A stretch of DNA of 64,000 nucleotides from Sphingomonadales bacterium (GCA_038210595.1 JBBQWN010000005.1:31862-95861), one strand, 5' to 3'; counted from the stretch's first letter, positions 36,239-47,005 are shown. A program made the numbers and translations. The notes: a model not told the origin generated them from the letters alone.

Positions 36239-38158
36239 ATGCGACTCCTGCTTGCGCTTGCCCTACTGCCCATCGCCGCCGCCGCGAGCCCCGGGCCGCA
36301 ACCGCTGCCGACCGCGCCGCCGCTGCCGGTTGCGGCCGACGCCGCTTATCCTGGCGTCATCGCGCTGGAAGTCGACGCGCGCGACACGGCGCGGCGCATC
36401 GTGCGGGTGCGCGAGACGCTGCCGGTGCGGCCCGGGCCGCTGGTGCTGCTCTATCCCGAGTTCGTCGCTGGCGCGCACTTTGCGCTCAACACAGTCGATC
36501 GTCTGACCGGTCTCCTGGTCACTGCCAACGGCCAGCGGCTAGCGTGGCGGCGCGACCCGGCCGTCATCCACGCCTTTCGCCTCGACGTCCCGCCGGGCGT
36601 CGCCAGCCTCGACATCCGCTTCGAACTGCTGACCCCGACCGATCCCAAGCAGGGGCGGGTGACGATCACCGACGATATCGCGCACCTCCAGTGGCAGAGC
36701 CTGGTGCTGTACCCGGCGGGCCATTTCGCGCGGCAGATCGCGGTCGAGCCGAGCCTGACCCTGCCGGCGGCCTGGCAGTTCGGCACGGCGCTCGACACCG
36801 CCGGGGGCACCGGCATGACGACGCGCTTCCGGCGCACCGATCTCGAGACGCTGCTCGATTCGCCGGTGCTGGCGGGTGCGAACCTCCGCCGCATCGTCCT
36901 CGACGACGGGCCGCGGCCGGTCCGGCTGGTGCTGGCCGCGGACAACCCCGCCGCGCTCGCCGTCACCGACGCGCAGGTCGCGACGCTGCGGCGGCTGGTC
37001 GCCGAGACCGACCGGCTGTTCGGCGGGGCGCGCCATTTTGCGCACTACGACTGGCTGCTAGCGCTGAGCGATAGCATCGGCGGCATCGGCCGCGAACATC
37101 TCCAGTCGAGCGAGAATGCCGCCGCCGCCGACACCTTCACCGCCTGGGACAAGGTCTCGGCGCGGCGCACGCTGCTGCCGCACGAATACGTGCATAGCTG
37201 GAACGGCAAGTTCCGGCGCGGGGCCGACAGCTGGCGGCCCGACTTCAACTCGCCCATCGGCAACAGCCTGTTGTGGGTCTACGAAGGGCAGACGCAATAT
37301 TGGGGCATCGTGCTGGCGGCGCGCGCCGGGCTGCTGACGCCGGCGCAGGCGCGCGCCATGCTGGCGCAGACCGCCGCGACCGCCGCCGACCCGTCGGGCC
37401 GTGCCTGGCGCACCCTTGCCGACACCACCAACGACCCGCAGGTCCAGATGCGACGGCCGCAACCGTGGGCAAGCCGGATCCGCAACCAGGACTATTACGG
37501 CGAGGCGGCGCTGGTCTGGCTCGACGCCGACACGCTGATCCGCGAGCGCACCAACGGCAGCCGGTCACTCGACGATTTCGCGCGCGACTTCTTCGGCGGC
37601 GACGGGCGGACGGTGACCGAGACCTACTCGTTCGAAGATGTCGTCGCGGCGCTGAACCGGGTGCTGCCTTATGACTGGGCGGCATTTCTGCGGACCCGGC
37701 TGGAAAGCAGCGACCGGCCGCCGTTCGACGGCCTGCAGCGCGGCGGCTACCGGCTCGACTTCGCCGATACCCCGACCGAATATCAGAAGAGCGCCGACGC
37801 GGTTGCGCGGCGAACGGATCTCAGCGGCTCGATCGGGCTTGTCATCGACAGCAAGGATTCGACCTTGAGCGCGGTCCAGTGGGATGGCCCGGCATACAAG
37901 GCTGGGCTGACCGCCGGCAGCCAGCTGATCGCGGTCGGGGGCGCGCCCTACACGCCCGAACTGCTGATTGCCGCGATCGTCGCGGCCAAGGGCAACGGCC
38001 CGCCGGTCGAACTGATCGTCAAGAGCCTCGACCGGCTGGGCAGCGTCACCATCGATTGGCATGGCGGACTGCGCTATCCGATGCTGGCCCCGGCCGGCGC
38101 GCAGCCGGCGCTGCTCGACGCCATCCTGGCGCCCCGTGCCGAAGGAGCTTCGCGATGA
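36239..38158 (+). CDS. Exported M61 (glycyl aminopeptidase) family metallopeptidase with a C-terminal PDZ-like domain
   Basis: Start at ATG 36239 (MRLLLALALLPIAAAASP signal peptide). HEYVHSWNGKFRR is an HExxH zinc motif in M61 context. The C-terminal WDGPAYKAGLTAGSQLIAVGG is PDZ-like. The 470-nt upstream extension in the track ORF overlaps the opposite-strand deacylase gene. Confidence 0.75.
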   Translation: MRLLLALALLPIAAAASPGPQPLPTAPPLPVAADAAYPGVIALEVDARDTARRIVRVRETLPVRPGPLVLLYPEFVAGAHFALNTVDRLTGLLVTANGQRLAWRRDPAVIHAFRLDVPPGVASLDIRFELLTPTDPKQGRVTITDDIAHLQWQSLVLYPAGHFARQIAVEPSLTLPAAWQFGTALDTAGGTGMTTRFRRTDLETLLDSPVLAGANLRRIVLDDGPRPVRLVLAADNPAALAVTDAQVATLRRLVAETDRLFGGARHFAHYDWLLALSDSIGGIGREHLQSSENAAAADTFTAWDKVSARRTLLPHEYVHSWNGKFRRGADSWRPDFNSPIGNSLLWVYEGQTQYWGIVLAARAGLLTPAQARAMLAQTAATAADPSGRAWRTLADTTNDPQVQMRRPQPWASRIRNQDYYGEAALVWLDADTLIRERTNGSRSLDDFARDFFGGDGRTVTETYSFEDVVAALNRVLPYDWAAFLRTRLESSDRPPFDGLQRGGYRLDFADTPTEYQKSADAVARRTDLSGSIGLVIDSKDSTLSAVQWDGPAYKAGLTAGSQLIAVGGAPYTPELLIAAIVAAKGNGPPVELIVKSLDRLGSVTIDWHGGLRYPMLAPAGAQPALLDAILAPRAEGASR

Positions 38159-39141
38159 CCGAGCGTACCGCCATCCTCCACCGCACCGGCGGCCCCGAGG
38201 TGATCGAGTGGACGGACGTGACGCTGCCGCCGCCCGCCGCGGGCGAGGTGCGCATGCGGAATACCGCGGTCGGCCTCAACTTCATCGACACCTACCACCG
38301 CACCGGGCTTTATCCCGGACCGCTGCCGTCGGGCCTCGGGCTGGAGGCGGCGGGCATCGTCGAGGCGCTCGGGGCGGACGTCACCGGGCTTACCGCCGGC
38401 GACCGTGTGGGGACGTTCGGCCCGGCGCGCGGTGCCTATGCGACGGCGCGCAATCTGTCGGCCGCGTCCTTGCTGAAGCTGCCGGACGATATCGACGACG
38501 ACACCGCCGCCGCCGTGCTGTTGAAGGGCTGCACCGCAGAGTTCCTGGCCGAGCGCGCCGGCCGGGTGCAGCCGGGCATGACGGTGCTGGTCCATGCCGC
38601 GGCCGGCGGAGTCGGCCTGATCCTGACGCAGTGGCTGGCCGCCATCGGCGCGACCGTGATCGGTACCGTCGGTGACGCGGCGAAGGCAGCGCTGGCGACA
38701 AGCACGGGCGCCGCGCACGTCATCGAGTACCGGCACGAGGACGTGGCCGAACGGGTCCGCGCGCTGACCGGCGGCAAGGGCGCATCGGTGGTGTTCGACG
38801 GCATCGGGATGGTGACATGGGCGGCATCGCTCGATGCGACCGCGCGGCGCGGGCTGATTATCGGCTACGGCAACGCCGATGCGCCCGTCGCGGGCGTCAA
38901 CCTCGGCATCCTCGCCAGCAAGGGCTCGCTGTTCGCGACGCGGCCGACGCTGTTCGACTATTATGCGACGCCCGAGGAGCGCGCCGCCGGCACCGAACGC
39001 CTGTGGACGATGCTCCGCACCGGCAAGGTCAAGGTCACCATCGGCCAGCGTTACCAGCTGGAGGACGCGGCCCAGGCGCACGCCGACCTCGAAGCCCGCC
39101 GGACGACGGGGTCGACGATCCTGACGGTTCAGCGCGGGTAG
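38155..39141 (+). CDS. qor: NADPH:quinone oxidoreductase (zeta-crystallin-type MDR)
   Basis: ATGA overlap with the M61 gene. [43 protein letters not shown] and AAGGVG are classic Qor motifs. Confidence 0.9.
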   Translation: MTERTAILHRTGGPEVIEWTDVTLPPPAAGEVRMRNTAVGLNFIDTYHRTGLYPGPLPSGLGLEAAGIVEALGADVTGLTAGDRVGTFGPARGAYATARNLSAASLLKLPDDIDDDTAAAVLLKGCTAEFLAERAGRVQPGMTVLVHAAAGGVGLILTQWLAAIGATVIGTVGDAAKAALATSTGAAHVIEYRHEDVAERVRALTGGKGASVVFDGIGMVTWAASLDATARRGLIIGYGNADAPVAGVNLGILASKGSLFATRPTLFDYYATPEERAAGTERLWTMLRTGKVKVTIGQRYQLEDAAQAHADLEARRTTGSTILTVQRG

Positions 39142-40199
39142 GCGCGCACTGTCGTCGGGACCAGCGTGAGGGCATCGCCGGGCGCGAGGCTGTCGGGCGC
39201 ATCGGCGAGCGTCGCTTCGATCAGCTGCCCGCCGTCACCGACGCATTCAAGGCTGGCGCGGGCGCCGGTGTGGGCGAGGCGGCGGAGCGTGACCGGCAGG
39301 CCCTCGCCGGGCGTGCCGAGCCGGAATTCGTGCGGGCGGACGAACGCCTGGGCCGGGCCGTCGCCGGCGGCGGGCGCAGTGTTGGGCAGGCGCAGGCCGC
39401 CGAGTTCGACCGCGCCGCCCGCCAGCCGCGCGTCGAAACGGTTGGCGTTGCCGATGAAGCTGCAGACGAAGGCGGTGGCGGGGCGGTTGTAGACCGCGTC
39501 GGGCGTATCGACCTGTTCGATACGGCCGGCGTTCATCACCACCACCCGGTCGGCGAGATCGAGCGCCTCCTCCTGATCATGCGTGACGAAGATCGAGGTG
39601 ACATGGCTGGCGTCGTGGACGCCGCGCAGCCAGCGGCGCAAGTCCTGCCGCACCTTGGCGTCCAAGGCGCCGAACGGCTCGTCGAGGAGCAGCACACGCG
39701 GGTCGACCGCCAGCGCGCGGGCGAGCGCCACCCGCTGCCGCTGCCCGCCCGACAGTTGCGCCGGATAGCGCCTGCCGAGATCGGGCAGCTGTACGAGCGC
39801 CAGCAGCTCCGCAACCCGCGCCGCGATCGTCGCCTTGTCCGGGCGGTCGCGGCGGCGCTTGACGCTCAGACCGAAGGCGATGTTGTCGGCGACGGTCATG
39901 TGCCGGAACAGCGCATAATGCTGGAAGACAAAGCCGATGCCGCGTTCGCGCGCCGGCCGCTCGCTCATGTCGGTGCCGTCAAAGCGCACCGTGCCGGCAT
40001 CGGGAAAGTCGAGGCCGGCGATGATCCGCAACAGCGTCGTCTTGCCCGACCCGCTGGGGCCGAGCAGCGCCAGGAACTCGCCCGGCTCGACGACCAGGTC
40101 GACGCCCTCGAGTGCGGTGAAGCCGCCGAAGCGGCGGACCAGATGTTCGACCGTGACCGTCAATGCTTCGCCCCCGTCAGCTGGTCGGCATAACGCCAT
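39129..40199 (-). CDS. cysA: Sulfate/thiosulfate ABC transporter ATP-binding protein
   Basis: Walker [10 protein letters not shown], signature [15 protein letters not shown], Walker B LLLDEPF, and a CysA-type C-terminal regulatory domain. The likely true start is TTG at 40163, overlapping the cysW stop (TTGA). The track ATG at 40199 would overlap cysW by 40 nt. Confidence 0.92.
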   Translation of the reverse strand: MALCRPADGGEALTVTVEHLVRRFGGFTALEGVDLVVEPGEFLALLGPSGSGKTTLLRIIAGLDFPDAGTVRFDGTDMSERPARERGIGFVFQHYALFRHMTVADNIAFGLSVKRRRDRPDKATIAARVAELLALVQLPDLGRRYPAQLSGGQRQRVALARALAVDPRVLLLDEPFGALDAKVRQDLRRWLRGVHDASHVTSIFVTHDQEEALDLADRVVVMNAGRIEQVDTPDAVYNRPATAFVCSFIGNANRFDARLAGGAVELGGLRLPNTAPAAGDGPAQAFVRPHEFRLGTPGEGLPVTLRRLAHTGARASLECVGDGGQLIEATLADAPDSLAPGDALTLVPTTVRAYPR

Positions 40200-41029
40200 T
40201 CCAGCAGCGTCTTCGCGACCAGCGTCACCAGCGCCAGGCCCGCGAGCAGCGAGGCAACCGCGAACGAGGCGACGAAGTTATACTCATTGTAGAGGATCTC
40301 GACATGCAGCGGCATGGTGTTGGTCAGGCCGCGGATATGGCCCGATACCACCGACACCGCGCCGAACTCGCCCATCGCCCGGGCGTTGCAGAGCAGCACG
40401 CCGTAGAGCAGGCCCCAGCGGATGTTGGGCAGGGTGACGCGGGCGAAGGTCTGCCAGCCACTGGCACCGAGCGACAGCGCTGCCTCCTCATCGTCCTTAC
40501 CCTGTTCCTGCATCAGCGGGATGAGTTCGCGGGCAACGAACGGGAAGGTTATGAATATAGTCGCTAAAACGATACCCGGAACGGCGAAGATGATCTGGAC
40601 ATCGTGGTCGCGGAGCCAGGGGCCGAACCAGCCCTGCAGGCCGAAGAGCAGCACGTAGATCAGGCCGGCGACCACCGGGGACACCGAAAAGGGCAGGTCT
40701 ATCAACGAGATAAGCAGGGCGCGGCCGCGGAAATCGAACTTGGCCACGGCCCAGGACGCGGCCACCCCGATGACGATGTTGAGCGGCACCGCGATGAGCG
40801 CGACGAGCAGCGTCAGACGCACCGCGGCGAGCGCGTCGGGGTCGGTGATCGCGGCCCGGTAAGCCTCCCAGCCCTTGGCGAAGGCCTCGACGAACACCAC
40901 CACCAGCGGCAGCGCGAGGTTGAGCAGCAGGAACGCCAGCGCCACCGTGACCAGCACCCACTTGGTCACCGGCGACGGTGCGGTCGGGTCGCGGCGCGGG
41001 GTCATGCGGTGCGCCGCGCCCGGTCCCAC
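40160..41029 (-). CDS. cysW: Sulfate ABC transporter permease CysW
   Basis: 289 aa, multi-TM, with an EAA-type loop ([25 protein letters not shown]). Confidence 0.9.
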   Translation of the reverse strand: MGPGAAHRMTPRRDPTAPSPVTKWVLVTVALAFLLLNLALPLVVVFVEAFAKGWEAYRAAITDPDALAAVRLTLLVALIAVPLNIVIGVAASWAVAKFDFRGRALLISLIDLPFSVSPVVAGLIYVLLFGLQGWFGPWLRDHDVQIIFAVPGIVLATIFITFPFVARELIPLMQEQGKDDEEAALSLGASGWQTFARVTLPNIRWGLLYGVLLCNARAMGEFGAVSVVSGHIRGLTNTMPLHVEILYNEYNFVASFAVASLLAGLALVTLVAKTLLEWRYADQLTGAKH

Positions 41030-41844
41030 GCCTGCAGCGCGTTGATCGCCAGCAGGATCGCGAACGAGGCGGTCAGCATGGTCGCCGCAATCGCCGTCGC
41101 CCCGGCATAATTATACTGCTCCAGCTGCGCGACGATCAGCAGCGGCGCGATCTCGGACCGGAACGGCAGGTTGCCGGCGATGAAGATGACGCTGCCGTAC
41201 TCCCCGACGCCGCGCGCGAACGCCAGCGCCGCGCCGGTGGTCAGCGCCGGCAGCACCGCGGGCAGCACGACACGCACGAAGGTCTGCAGCCGCGACGCGC
41301 CCAGCGAGGCGGCGGCCTCCTCGACATCATGCCCGAGGTCGGCGAGCACCGGCTCGACCGTCCGCACCACGAACGGCAGGCCGATGAAGGTCAGCGCGAC
41401 GACGACGCCGAGCGGCGTGAACGCGACCTTCACCCCCAATGGCTCCAGCCACGAGCCGATCACCCCGTTCGAGGCATAGACGGTGGTCAGCGCGATGCCC
41501 GCAACGCTGGTGGGCAGCGCGAACGGCAGGTCGACGAGCGCGCCGACGATGCGCTTGCCGGGAAATTCGGTCCGCACCAGGACCCACGCGACCAGCAGCC
41601 CGAACACCGCGTTGATCACCGCGGCCGCCGCCGCCGCCCCGAAGCTGAGCCGGTAGGCGGCGAGCGCCCGCCTGGAGAACGCCACCTCGGCAAACGCCTC
41701 CCACCCCATGCCGGCGGAGCGGATGAACACCGTCGACAGCGGCACCAGCACGATCAGCGTCAGCGCGAACACGGTGATGCCAAAGCTCAGCCCGAAACCG
41801 GGCATGATCGTGTGGCGCACGCCAAGGATACTGGACCGGCTCAA
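41002..41844 (-). CDS. cysT: Sulfate ABC transporter permease CysT
   Basis: ILGVRHTIMPGFGLSFGITVFALTLIVLVPL matches the CysT N-terminus. EAA loop EEAAASLGASRLQTFVRVVLP is present. The start is uncertain: TTG at 41844 or ATG at 41805. The track ORF's longer N-terminus overlaps the porin gene. Confidence 0.88.
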   Translation of the reverse strand: MSRSSILGVRHTIMPGFGLSFGITVFALTLIVLVPLSTVFIRSAGMGWEAFAEVAFSRRALAAYRLSFGAAAAAAVINAVFGLLVAWVLVRTEFPGKRIVGALVDLPFALPTSVAGIALTTVYASNGVIGSWLEPLGVKVAFTPLGVVVALTFIGLPFVVRTVEPVLADLGHDVEEAAASLGASRLQTFVRVVLPAVLPALTTGAALAFARGVGEYGSVIFIAGNLPFRSEIAPLLIVAQLEQYNYAGATAIAATMLTASFAILLAINALQAWDRARRTA

Positions 41845-41879
41845 GCGCCCTGTCTGGCGGGTTGCGACATTTCCCGCAA

Positions 41880-43343
41880 TCACCAGTCGAGGTGGAGGCG
41901 CGCGGCATAGGCGTCGCCGCTGGTCCGGGTGCCGACCGGATCGAGCGGCGTGTTGGTGCCGAAGAAGCGGATGTAGTTGAACTGGAACTTGAAATTGGGG
42001 GTCAGGTACCAATTGGCGGCGGCGGTGTAGCTGTGCGCCTTGTTGCCGAGACGGGCGAGCACCGGCGTGTCGCCGACGTCGAGCTGGTCATAGCGCGCGA
42101 CCAGTTCGATGGCACCGGTACCGCCTTGGTTGGAGAACGGGCTGAGCGGCCGGATGCGGTCGAAATTGCCGTTCTTGAACGGCCGCGATTCGCCGGTGAC
42201 GAACCAGCTGCCGTAGACGTAGAAACCGTCGGCGGTGAAGTCGCGGAAGCCGGGCTGACGATCGAAGCGCAGCCGCCCGTATTCGCCGGTCACCGAGAAC
42301 GGCCCGAGCACGCCGGTCGCTTCCGCCCCGACATAATAGACGCTGTCGACGTTGGGGATGACGCCGGTATCGATGATGTTGCCGCCGTCGACGCGGACGT
42401 TGGGCCGCTCCGTGACGCGCACCGCATCGGCGACGTCACCGCTCTTCAGATCCGTTCGCCAGAATCCGGCGACGCCGAGGTGGAGAACCTTGCCGGTGTC
42501 GTTGATCGGTTCCCAGGTGACGCGGGCGTTGCCGCCGGTGCTCTCGTCGGGGGCGCGGGTGACCGCCGCGCCGGTCGAGCGGGTGACGCTCTCATTGTCG
42601 CCCGAGAAGCCGATCGTGGCGGTGAAATTGTCGCGCAGATAGGCGACCGCCAGGCCGAGCCGCCGTTCCGCGCCGACGTTGCCGAAGGCGTTGGTGAACA
42701 TGCCGCGTTCGACGAAGCTGTTGTAATTGTCGCTGTTGTTCGATTCGAGCCCGAACGGCGCCTTGAACTGGCCGGCGGTGACCTGGAAATGCTTGAAGCC
42801 GTTGTACTGCAGGAAGGCGTCCTGGATGGCGACGGTGTTGCCGGCGAAATCGACCTCCAGCCGCCAGAAGAAATCCTTGAACGCGGTGCCCTCGACACCC
42901 AGCCGGGCGCGGCGGAAGCCGGTGCCGCTGTTATAGTCATAGCCGCCGCGGCGTTCGTCGAAGCCGACGTAATCGGCATCGAAGACGCCGCGCGCCTTGA
43001 AGGTGAAGACGCCGTTCGGGTCGCCGAGCAGCGGCGAGACGTTCGGCTGGACGCCCTTGGCGGCGCGCACCTCGACGTTCTGGATGCGCGCCTGGCTGGC
43101 CTCGAGCGCGTCCTGCAGGCTGCGGTTGCGGCTCTCCAGCGTCTGGACCTTGGCCTCGAGCGCGTTGAGGCGGTCGAGCACGGCGTCGCCGGTCGGCGGC
43201 GGCGGCGTCACCTCTGCGGCATCGAACGCCGGGGCCTCGCTATCGATGGCTCCGGGCACCGGCGTTGCGGCCGGCTGGGCCTGGGCAAGGGTCGAGGTGG
43301 CGAGCGCAAGCGTCCAGATCGACGCGCCGTGAAGTCGCTGCAT
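41880..43343 (-). CDS. Outer-membrane anion porin of the phosphate-selective porin O/P (OprO/OprP) family
   Basis: Signal peptide (MQRLHGASIWTLALATSTLAQA), then an N-terminal coiled coil (LNALEAKVQTLESRNRSLQDALEASQARI). FRRARLGVEGTAFKDFFWRLEVDFAGN...DAFLQYNGFKHFQVTAGQFKAPFGLE is the Porin_O_P signature. C-terminal aromatic residue (W). Confidence 0.75.
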   Translation of the reverse strand: MQRLHGASIWTLALATSTLAQAQPAATPVPGAIDSEAPAFDAAEVTPPPPTGDAVLDRLNALEAKVQTLESRNRSLQDALEASQARIQNVEVRAAKGVQPNVSPLLGDPNGVFTFKARGVFDADYVGFDERRGGYDYNSGTGFRRARLGVEGTAFKDFFWRLEVDFAGNTVAIQDAFLQYNGFKHFQVTAGQFKAPFGLESNNSDNYNSFVERGMFTNAFGNVGAERRLGLAVAYLRDNFTATIGFSGDNESVTRSTGAAVTRAPDESTGGNARVTWEPINDTGKVLHLGVAGFWRTDLKSGDVADAVRVTERPNVRVDGGNIIDTGVIPNVDSVYYVGAEATGVLGPFSVTGEYGRLRFDRQPGFRDFTADGFYVYGSWFVTGESRPFKNGNFDRIRPLSPFSNQGGTGAIELVARYDQLDVGDTPVLARLGNKAHSYTAAANWYLTPNFKFQFNYIRFFGTNTPLDPVGTRTSGDAYAARLHLDW

Positions 43344-43381
43344 CGTGGGATCCCCCCTGGCTTGGCGATGTGGTCGAAAGC

Positions 43382-44374
43382 CTAGCGGCGGGCCGCCTCG
43401 AAAATCTGGTCGAAGATGCCGCCGTCGTTGAAGTGCGCCGCCTGCGCCTTCTTCCAGCCGCCGAAATTCCGGTCGATGCTGAACAGCGCCAGCTTCGGGA
43501 AGCTGGCGGTGTATTTCGCGGCGATGGCCGGATCGACCGGGCGGTAGAAATTCTGCGCGATCACGGTCTGTGCGGCGGGCGTGTAGAGATAGTTGAGATA
43601 GGCCTCCGCCACCTTGCGGGTGCCGTGCCTGTCGACGTTCTTGTCGACGACGGCGACCGGCGGCTCGGCCCGGATACTGACCGACGGCGCGACGATCTCA
43701 TACTGGCCGGGCGCGTCCTTCTGGCTGAGATAGGCTTCGTTCTCCCACGCCAGCAGGACATCGCCCTGGCCGCGCTGGACAAACGTGGTGGTGGCGCCGC
43801 GCGCGCCCGAATCGAGCACCGTGACGTTCTTGTACAGCTTGGTGACGAAGTCGCGCGCGGCGGCCGACGTGCCGTATTTCTTCTGGGCATAGCCCCAGGC
43901 GGCGAGGTAGTTCCAGCGCGCGCCGCCGCTGGTCTTGGGGCTCGGCGTGATCACCTGGACGCCCGGCTTGACCAGATCGTCCCAGTCGCGGATCGCCTTC
44001 GGGTTGCCCTTGCGGACGAGAAACACGATCGTCGAGTAATAAGGCGTCGAATTGTGCGGCAGGCGCGCCTGCCACGTCGCGGGCAGCAGCTTCGCCTTGT
44101 CGGCGATCTCGTCGATGTCATAGGCCAGCGCCAGCGTCACGACATCGGCCTGCAGCCCGTCGATGACCGAGCGCGCCTGCTTGCCCGAGCCGCCGTGCGA
44201 CTGATTGATGGTCAGCGTGTCGCCGGTCTTCGCCTTCCAGTCGGCGGCGAACGCGGTGTTGACGGCGCGGTACAGCTCGCGCGTCGGATCATAGCTGACG
44301 TTGAGCAGCTTGACCTCGGCGGCCTGGGCAGCGGTGGCGAGCAGGGCGGCGGCGGCGGCGAGGGCAAGGCGCAT
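43382..44374 (-). CDS. sbp: Sulfate/thiosulfate ABC transporter periplasmic binding protein
   Basis: 330 aa. Signal peptide, then [13 protein letters not shown]...[32 protein letters not shown]...[19 protein letters not shown], the Sbp/CysP signature. Confidence 0.92.
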   Translation of the reverse strand: MRLALAAAAALLATAAQAAEVKLLNVSYDPTRELYRAVNTAFAADWKAKTGDTLTINQSHGGSGKQARSVIDGLQADVVTLALAYDIDEIADKAKLLPATWQARLPHNSTPYYSTIVFLVRKGNPKAIRDWDDLVKPGVQVITPSPKTSGGARWNYLAAWGYAQKKYGTSAAARDFVTKLYKNVTVLDSGARGATTTFVQRGQGDVLLAWENEAYLSQKDAPGQYEIVAPSVSIRAEPPVAVVDKNVDRHGTRKVAEAYLNYLYTPAAQTVIAQNFYRPVDPAIAAKYTASFPKLALFSIDRNFGGWKKAQAAHFNDGGIFDQIFEAARR

Positions 44375-44495
44375 CGACGTGATCTCCCGTGGCGGTAGCG
44401 CAACGAGCGAACCTTATCCCTAGTTTCCGAGTAGGTATTATGACGAAAAACTTTTGCGATGCTTAGCCGGGCTATGCGGCCGCAGCTGAGCGCGG

Positions 44496-44921
44496 CTATG
44501 CCGCGACGCGCACCGGATCGATGTCGGCGAGGCTGGTGCCGTCGAGGATCGTCGCGGTCTTGTCGCGGACCAGCAGCATCAGCTTGCGGATGGCGCAGAC
44601 CGATTCCTCGAAACAGTCGGGGCAGCGCTGATAGGCGGTCTGGCTGACGCATGGCACCAGCGCCAGCGGCCCCTCGATCAGCCGGATGATCTCGCCGAAC
44701 GAAATCGCGGACGCTGGCCGCGCCAGCCGGTAGCCGCCGAGCTTGCCGCGCGAACTGGTCACCAGCCCGCCGTTCTTGAGTTCGAGCAGGATGATCTCGA
44801 GGAACTTGCGCGGCAGCTTCTGATCCGCCGCGATCGCGCTCATCGGCACCGGCGCGATACCGGGGGCACGGGCGAGAAAGATGAGCGCGCGGAGGGCGTA
44901 GCGCGAACGCTGGGTCAGCAT
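44496..44921 (-). CDS. Rrf2-family transcriptional regulator upstream of the sulfate uptake operon
   Basis: MLTQRSRYALRALIFLA...LPRKFLEIILLELKNGGLV.S.RG..GGY.LARP is the Rrf2 wHTH. Cys residues CVSQ...CPDC...C are present. The start was set at the second ATG (the track ORF begins at 44936). Confidence 0.85.
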   Translation of the reverse strand: MLTQRSRYALRALIFLARAPGIAPVPMSAIAADQKLPRKFLEIILLELKNGGLVTSSRGKLGGYRLARPASAISFGEIIRLIEGPLALVPCVSQTAYQRCPDCFEESVCAIRKLMLLVRDKTATILDGTSLADIDPVRVAA

Positions 44922-45039
44922 CGCCGCGTCATGCACCCGCCAGCCGGTGGATTCAAGCGACGGGGCGATGAACGGCGTGGCGCTTGCCCCGCCCGGCGGA
45001 GGCGCTAGACCGTTGCGGCGATGACTTAAGGAGTCGCGA

Positions 45040-45834
45040 ATGCGCTATTCGGGCAAGACCATCGTCGTCACCGGCTCCGGCCGCGAGCAGGGGCTGGGAC
45101 AGGCGATCCTGCAGCATTTTGCCGGCGAGGGCGCCAACTGCGTCGTCTCCGACCTGGCGATCACTGCGGAGACGGAGGGCGTCGCCGAGGACCTGCGCAA
45201 GCGCGGCGGTACGGTCGCCTGCATCCCCTGCGACGTCGGCGCGCCCGCCCAGTGCGCGACACTGATCGACCGCACCATCGATGTGTTCGGCGGCGTCGAC
45301 GTGATGGTCAACAACGCCGGCATCGGCTTCATGATGCAGCCGCTGCTGGAGGCCGATCCCGAAGACTGGGACCGGGTGCTGGCGGTCAACCTGTCAGGGG
45401 CGTTCTATTGCACCCAGGCCGCGGCGCGGGCGATGATCAAGGGCGGCAAGGGCGGCCGCATCATCAACATCGCCAGCCAGGCCGGCAAGACGCCGGTGCT
45501 GCACATGGCGAGCTATGTCGCCTCGAAGCACGGCATGATCGGCCTGACCCGCGCCGCCGCGCTGGAGCTGGGCGGCTATGGCATAACGGTCAACGCGGTG
45601 TGCCCCAACCACGTCACCACCGGGCTGGGCAGCCGCCAGAACGAGTATTTCTCCAAGCTGCTGGGGTTCGAGAGCGTCGCGGCCTATCTCGACAATCTCG
45701 CGCGCCACAACCCGATGGGGCGGCCGGGGCTGGCCACCGACACCGCCCGCGCCTGCGCCTGGCTGGCCAGCGACGACGCCGCCTACATCACCGGCGAGGC
45801 GCTGAACGTCTCGGGCGGCGAGGAAATGCATTGA
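45040..45834 (+). CDS. Short-chain dehydrogenase/reductase (FabG-like)
   Basis: TGSGREQGLG (TGxxxGxG-like), NNAG, and YVASKHG (YxxxK). Confidence 0.9.
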   Translation: MRYSGKTIVVTGSGREQGLGQAILQHFAGEGANCVVSDLAITAETEGVAEDLRKRGGTVACIPCDVGAPAQCATLIDRTIDVFGGVDVMVNNAGIGFMMQPLLEADPEDWDRVLAVNLSGAFYCTQAAARAMIKGGKGGRIINIASQAGKTPVLHMASYVASKHGMIGLTRAAALELGGYGITVNAVCPNHVTTGLGSRQNEYFSKLLGFESVAAYLDNLARHNPMGRPGLATDTARACAWLASDDAAYITGEALNVSGGEEMH

Positions 45835-46571
45835 GCCTGTCGCTGGCCGTCGACGGGGCGGTGGCGCGCCTGATCATCGACCGGGCGGCGAAGCGCAACG
45901 CCTTCACCAACGCGATGTGGGCAGCGGTGCCGGGGCTGGTGGCGGACGCGATGGCCGACCGGCACGTGCGCGTGCTCATCGTGCAGGCGGCGGAACCGGG
46001 CGTGTTCTGCGCCGGCGCCGACATCGCCGAGTTCGGGCAGGGTGGCAGCGACGAAGGCATCGTCCGCACCGCGCAGCTGGCCGTGGCGCGCGCGCCGATG
46101 CCGGTGATCGCTTTGGTCGAGGGCGACTGTGTCGGCGGCGGCTGCGGCCTCGCCATCGCCTGCGATATCCGCGTCGCCGCGCCCACCGCGCGCTTCGGCA
46201 TCACGCCGGCGAAACTGGGCCTCGTCTATTCGCTGCACGACACCAAGTTGCTGGTCGACCTGGTCGGGCCGGGGCAGGCCAAGCGCATGCTGTTCTCGGC
46301 CGGGCTTCTCGACGCGGCGGAGGCGCAGCGCATCGGGCTGGTCGAGATCGTGGCGGACGATGCCCGCGCCGCGGCGGCGGAGCTGGCCGCGACCATCGCC
46401 GCGAACTCGATGCACAGCACGACCGGAACCAAGGCGATCATCCGCCGCATCCTCGACGGGCAGCCGGACGACGACGACGCCACGCTGGCGATGTTCAGGG
46501 ATGCCCTCGACGGCCCCGACTTCGCCGAAGGGGTGGCGGCGTTCTGCGCCAAGCGCCGCCCGGCGTTTTAG
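45831..46571 (+). CDS. Enoyl-CoA hydratase/isomerase family protein (TTG start)
   Basis: TTGA overlap with the SDR gene. RLIIDRAAKRNAF...FCAGADIAEF...GDCVGGGCGLAIACDIR is the crotonase fold. Confidence 0.85.
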   Translation: MSLSLAVDGAVARLIIDRAAKRNAFTNAMWAAVPGLVADAMADRHVRVLIVQAAEPGVFCAGADIAEFGQGGSDEGIVRTAQLAVARAPMPVIALVEGDCVGGGCGLAIACDIRVAAPTARFGITPAKLGLVYSLHDTKLLVDLVGPGQAKRMLFSAGLLDAAEAQRIGLVEIVADDARAAAAELAATIAANSMHSTTGTKAIIRRILDGQPDDDDATLAMFRDALDGPDFAEGVAAFCAKRRPAF

Positions 46572-47005
46572 AGCGGCCGCCGCTTCAGTTCGTCGCGGAT
46601 TTCGGCGAGCAGCGCCTCGCTCGGCGTCGGCCCGGACGCGGCCGGGGCCGGGGCCGGCGCGGCCATCATCCGATTCACAGCGCGGACGATCAGGAAGATC
46701 ACGAACGCGATGATGACGAAGTTGATCGTGGCGGTCAGGAACTCGCCCCAGCCGAGCAGCGGCGCGCCCGCCTTCTTCAGCGCCGCATAGTCGGTGGTCG
46801 CGCCGACATAGCCCGCGGGCACCGGCCCGAGCAGTACGAAGTGGCTGGAGAAATCGACGCCACCGGTCACCGCGCCGATCACCGGCATGATGATGTCATC
46901 GGTCAGCGACGTGACGATCTTGCCGAACGCCGCACCGATAATCACCGCGACAGCCAGATCGAGCACGTTGCCGCGCGCGATGAACGCCTTGAATTCCGCG
47001 AACAT
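46568..47005 (-). CDS. mscL: Large-conductance mechanosensitive channel
   Basis: MFAEFKAFIARGNVLDLAVAVIIGAAFGKIVTSLTDDIIMPVIG is the near-consensus MscL N-terminus. The start was set at the internal ATG (complement of 47003-47005). Confidence 0.92.
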   Translation of the reverse strand: MFAEFKAFIARGNVLDLAVAVIIGAAFGKIVTSLTDDIIMPVIGAVTGGVDFSSHFVLLGPVPAGYVGATTDYAALKKAGAPLLGWGEFLTATINFVIIAFVIFLIVRAVNRMMAAPAPAPAASGPTPSEALLAEIRDELKRRPL

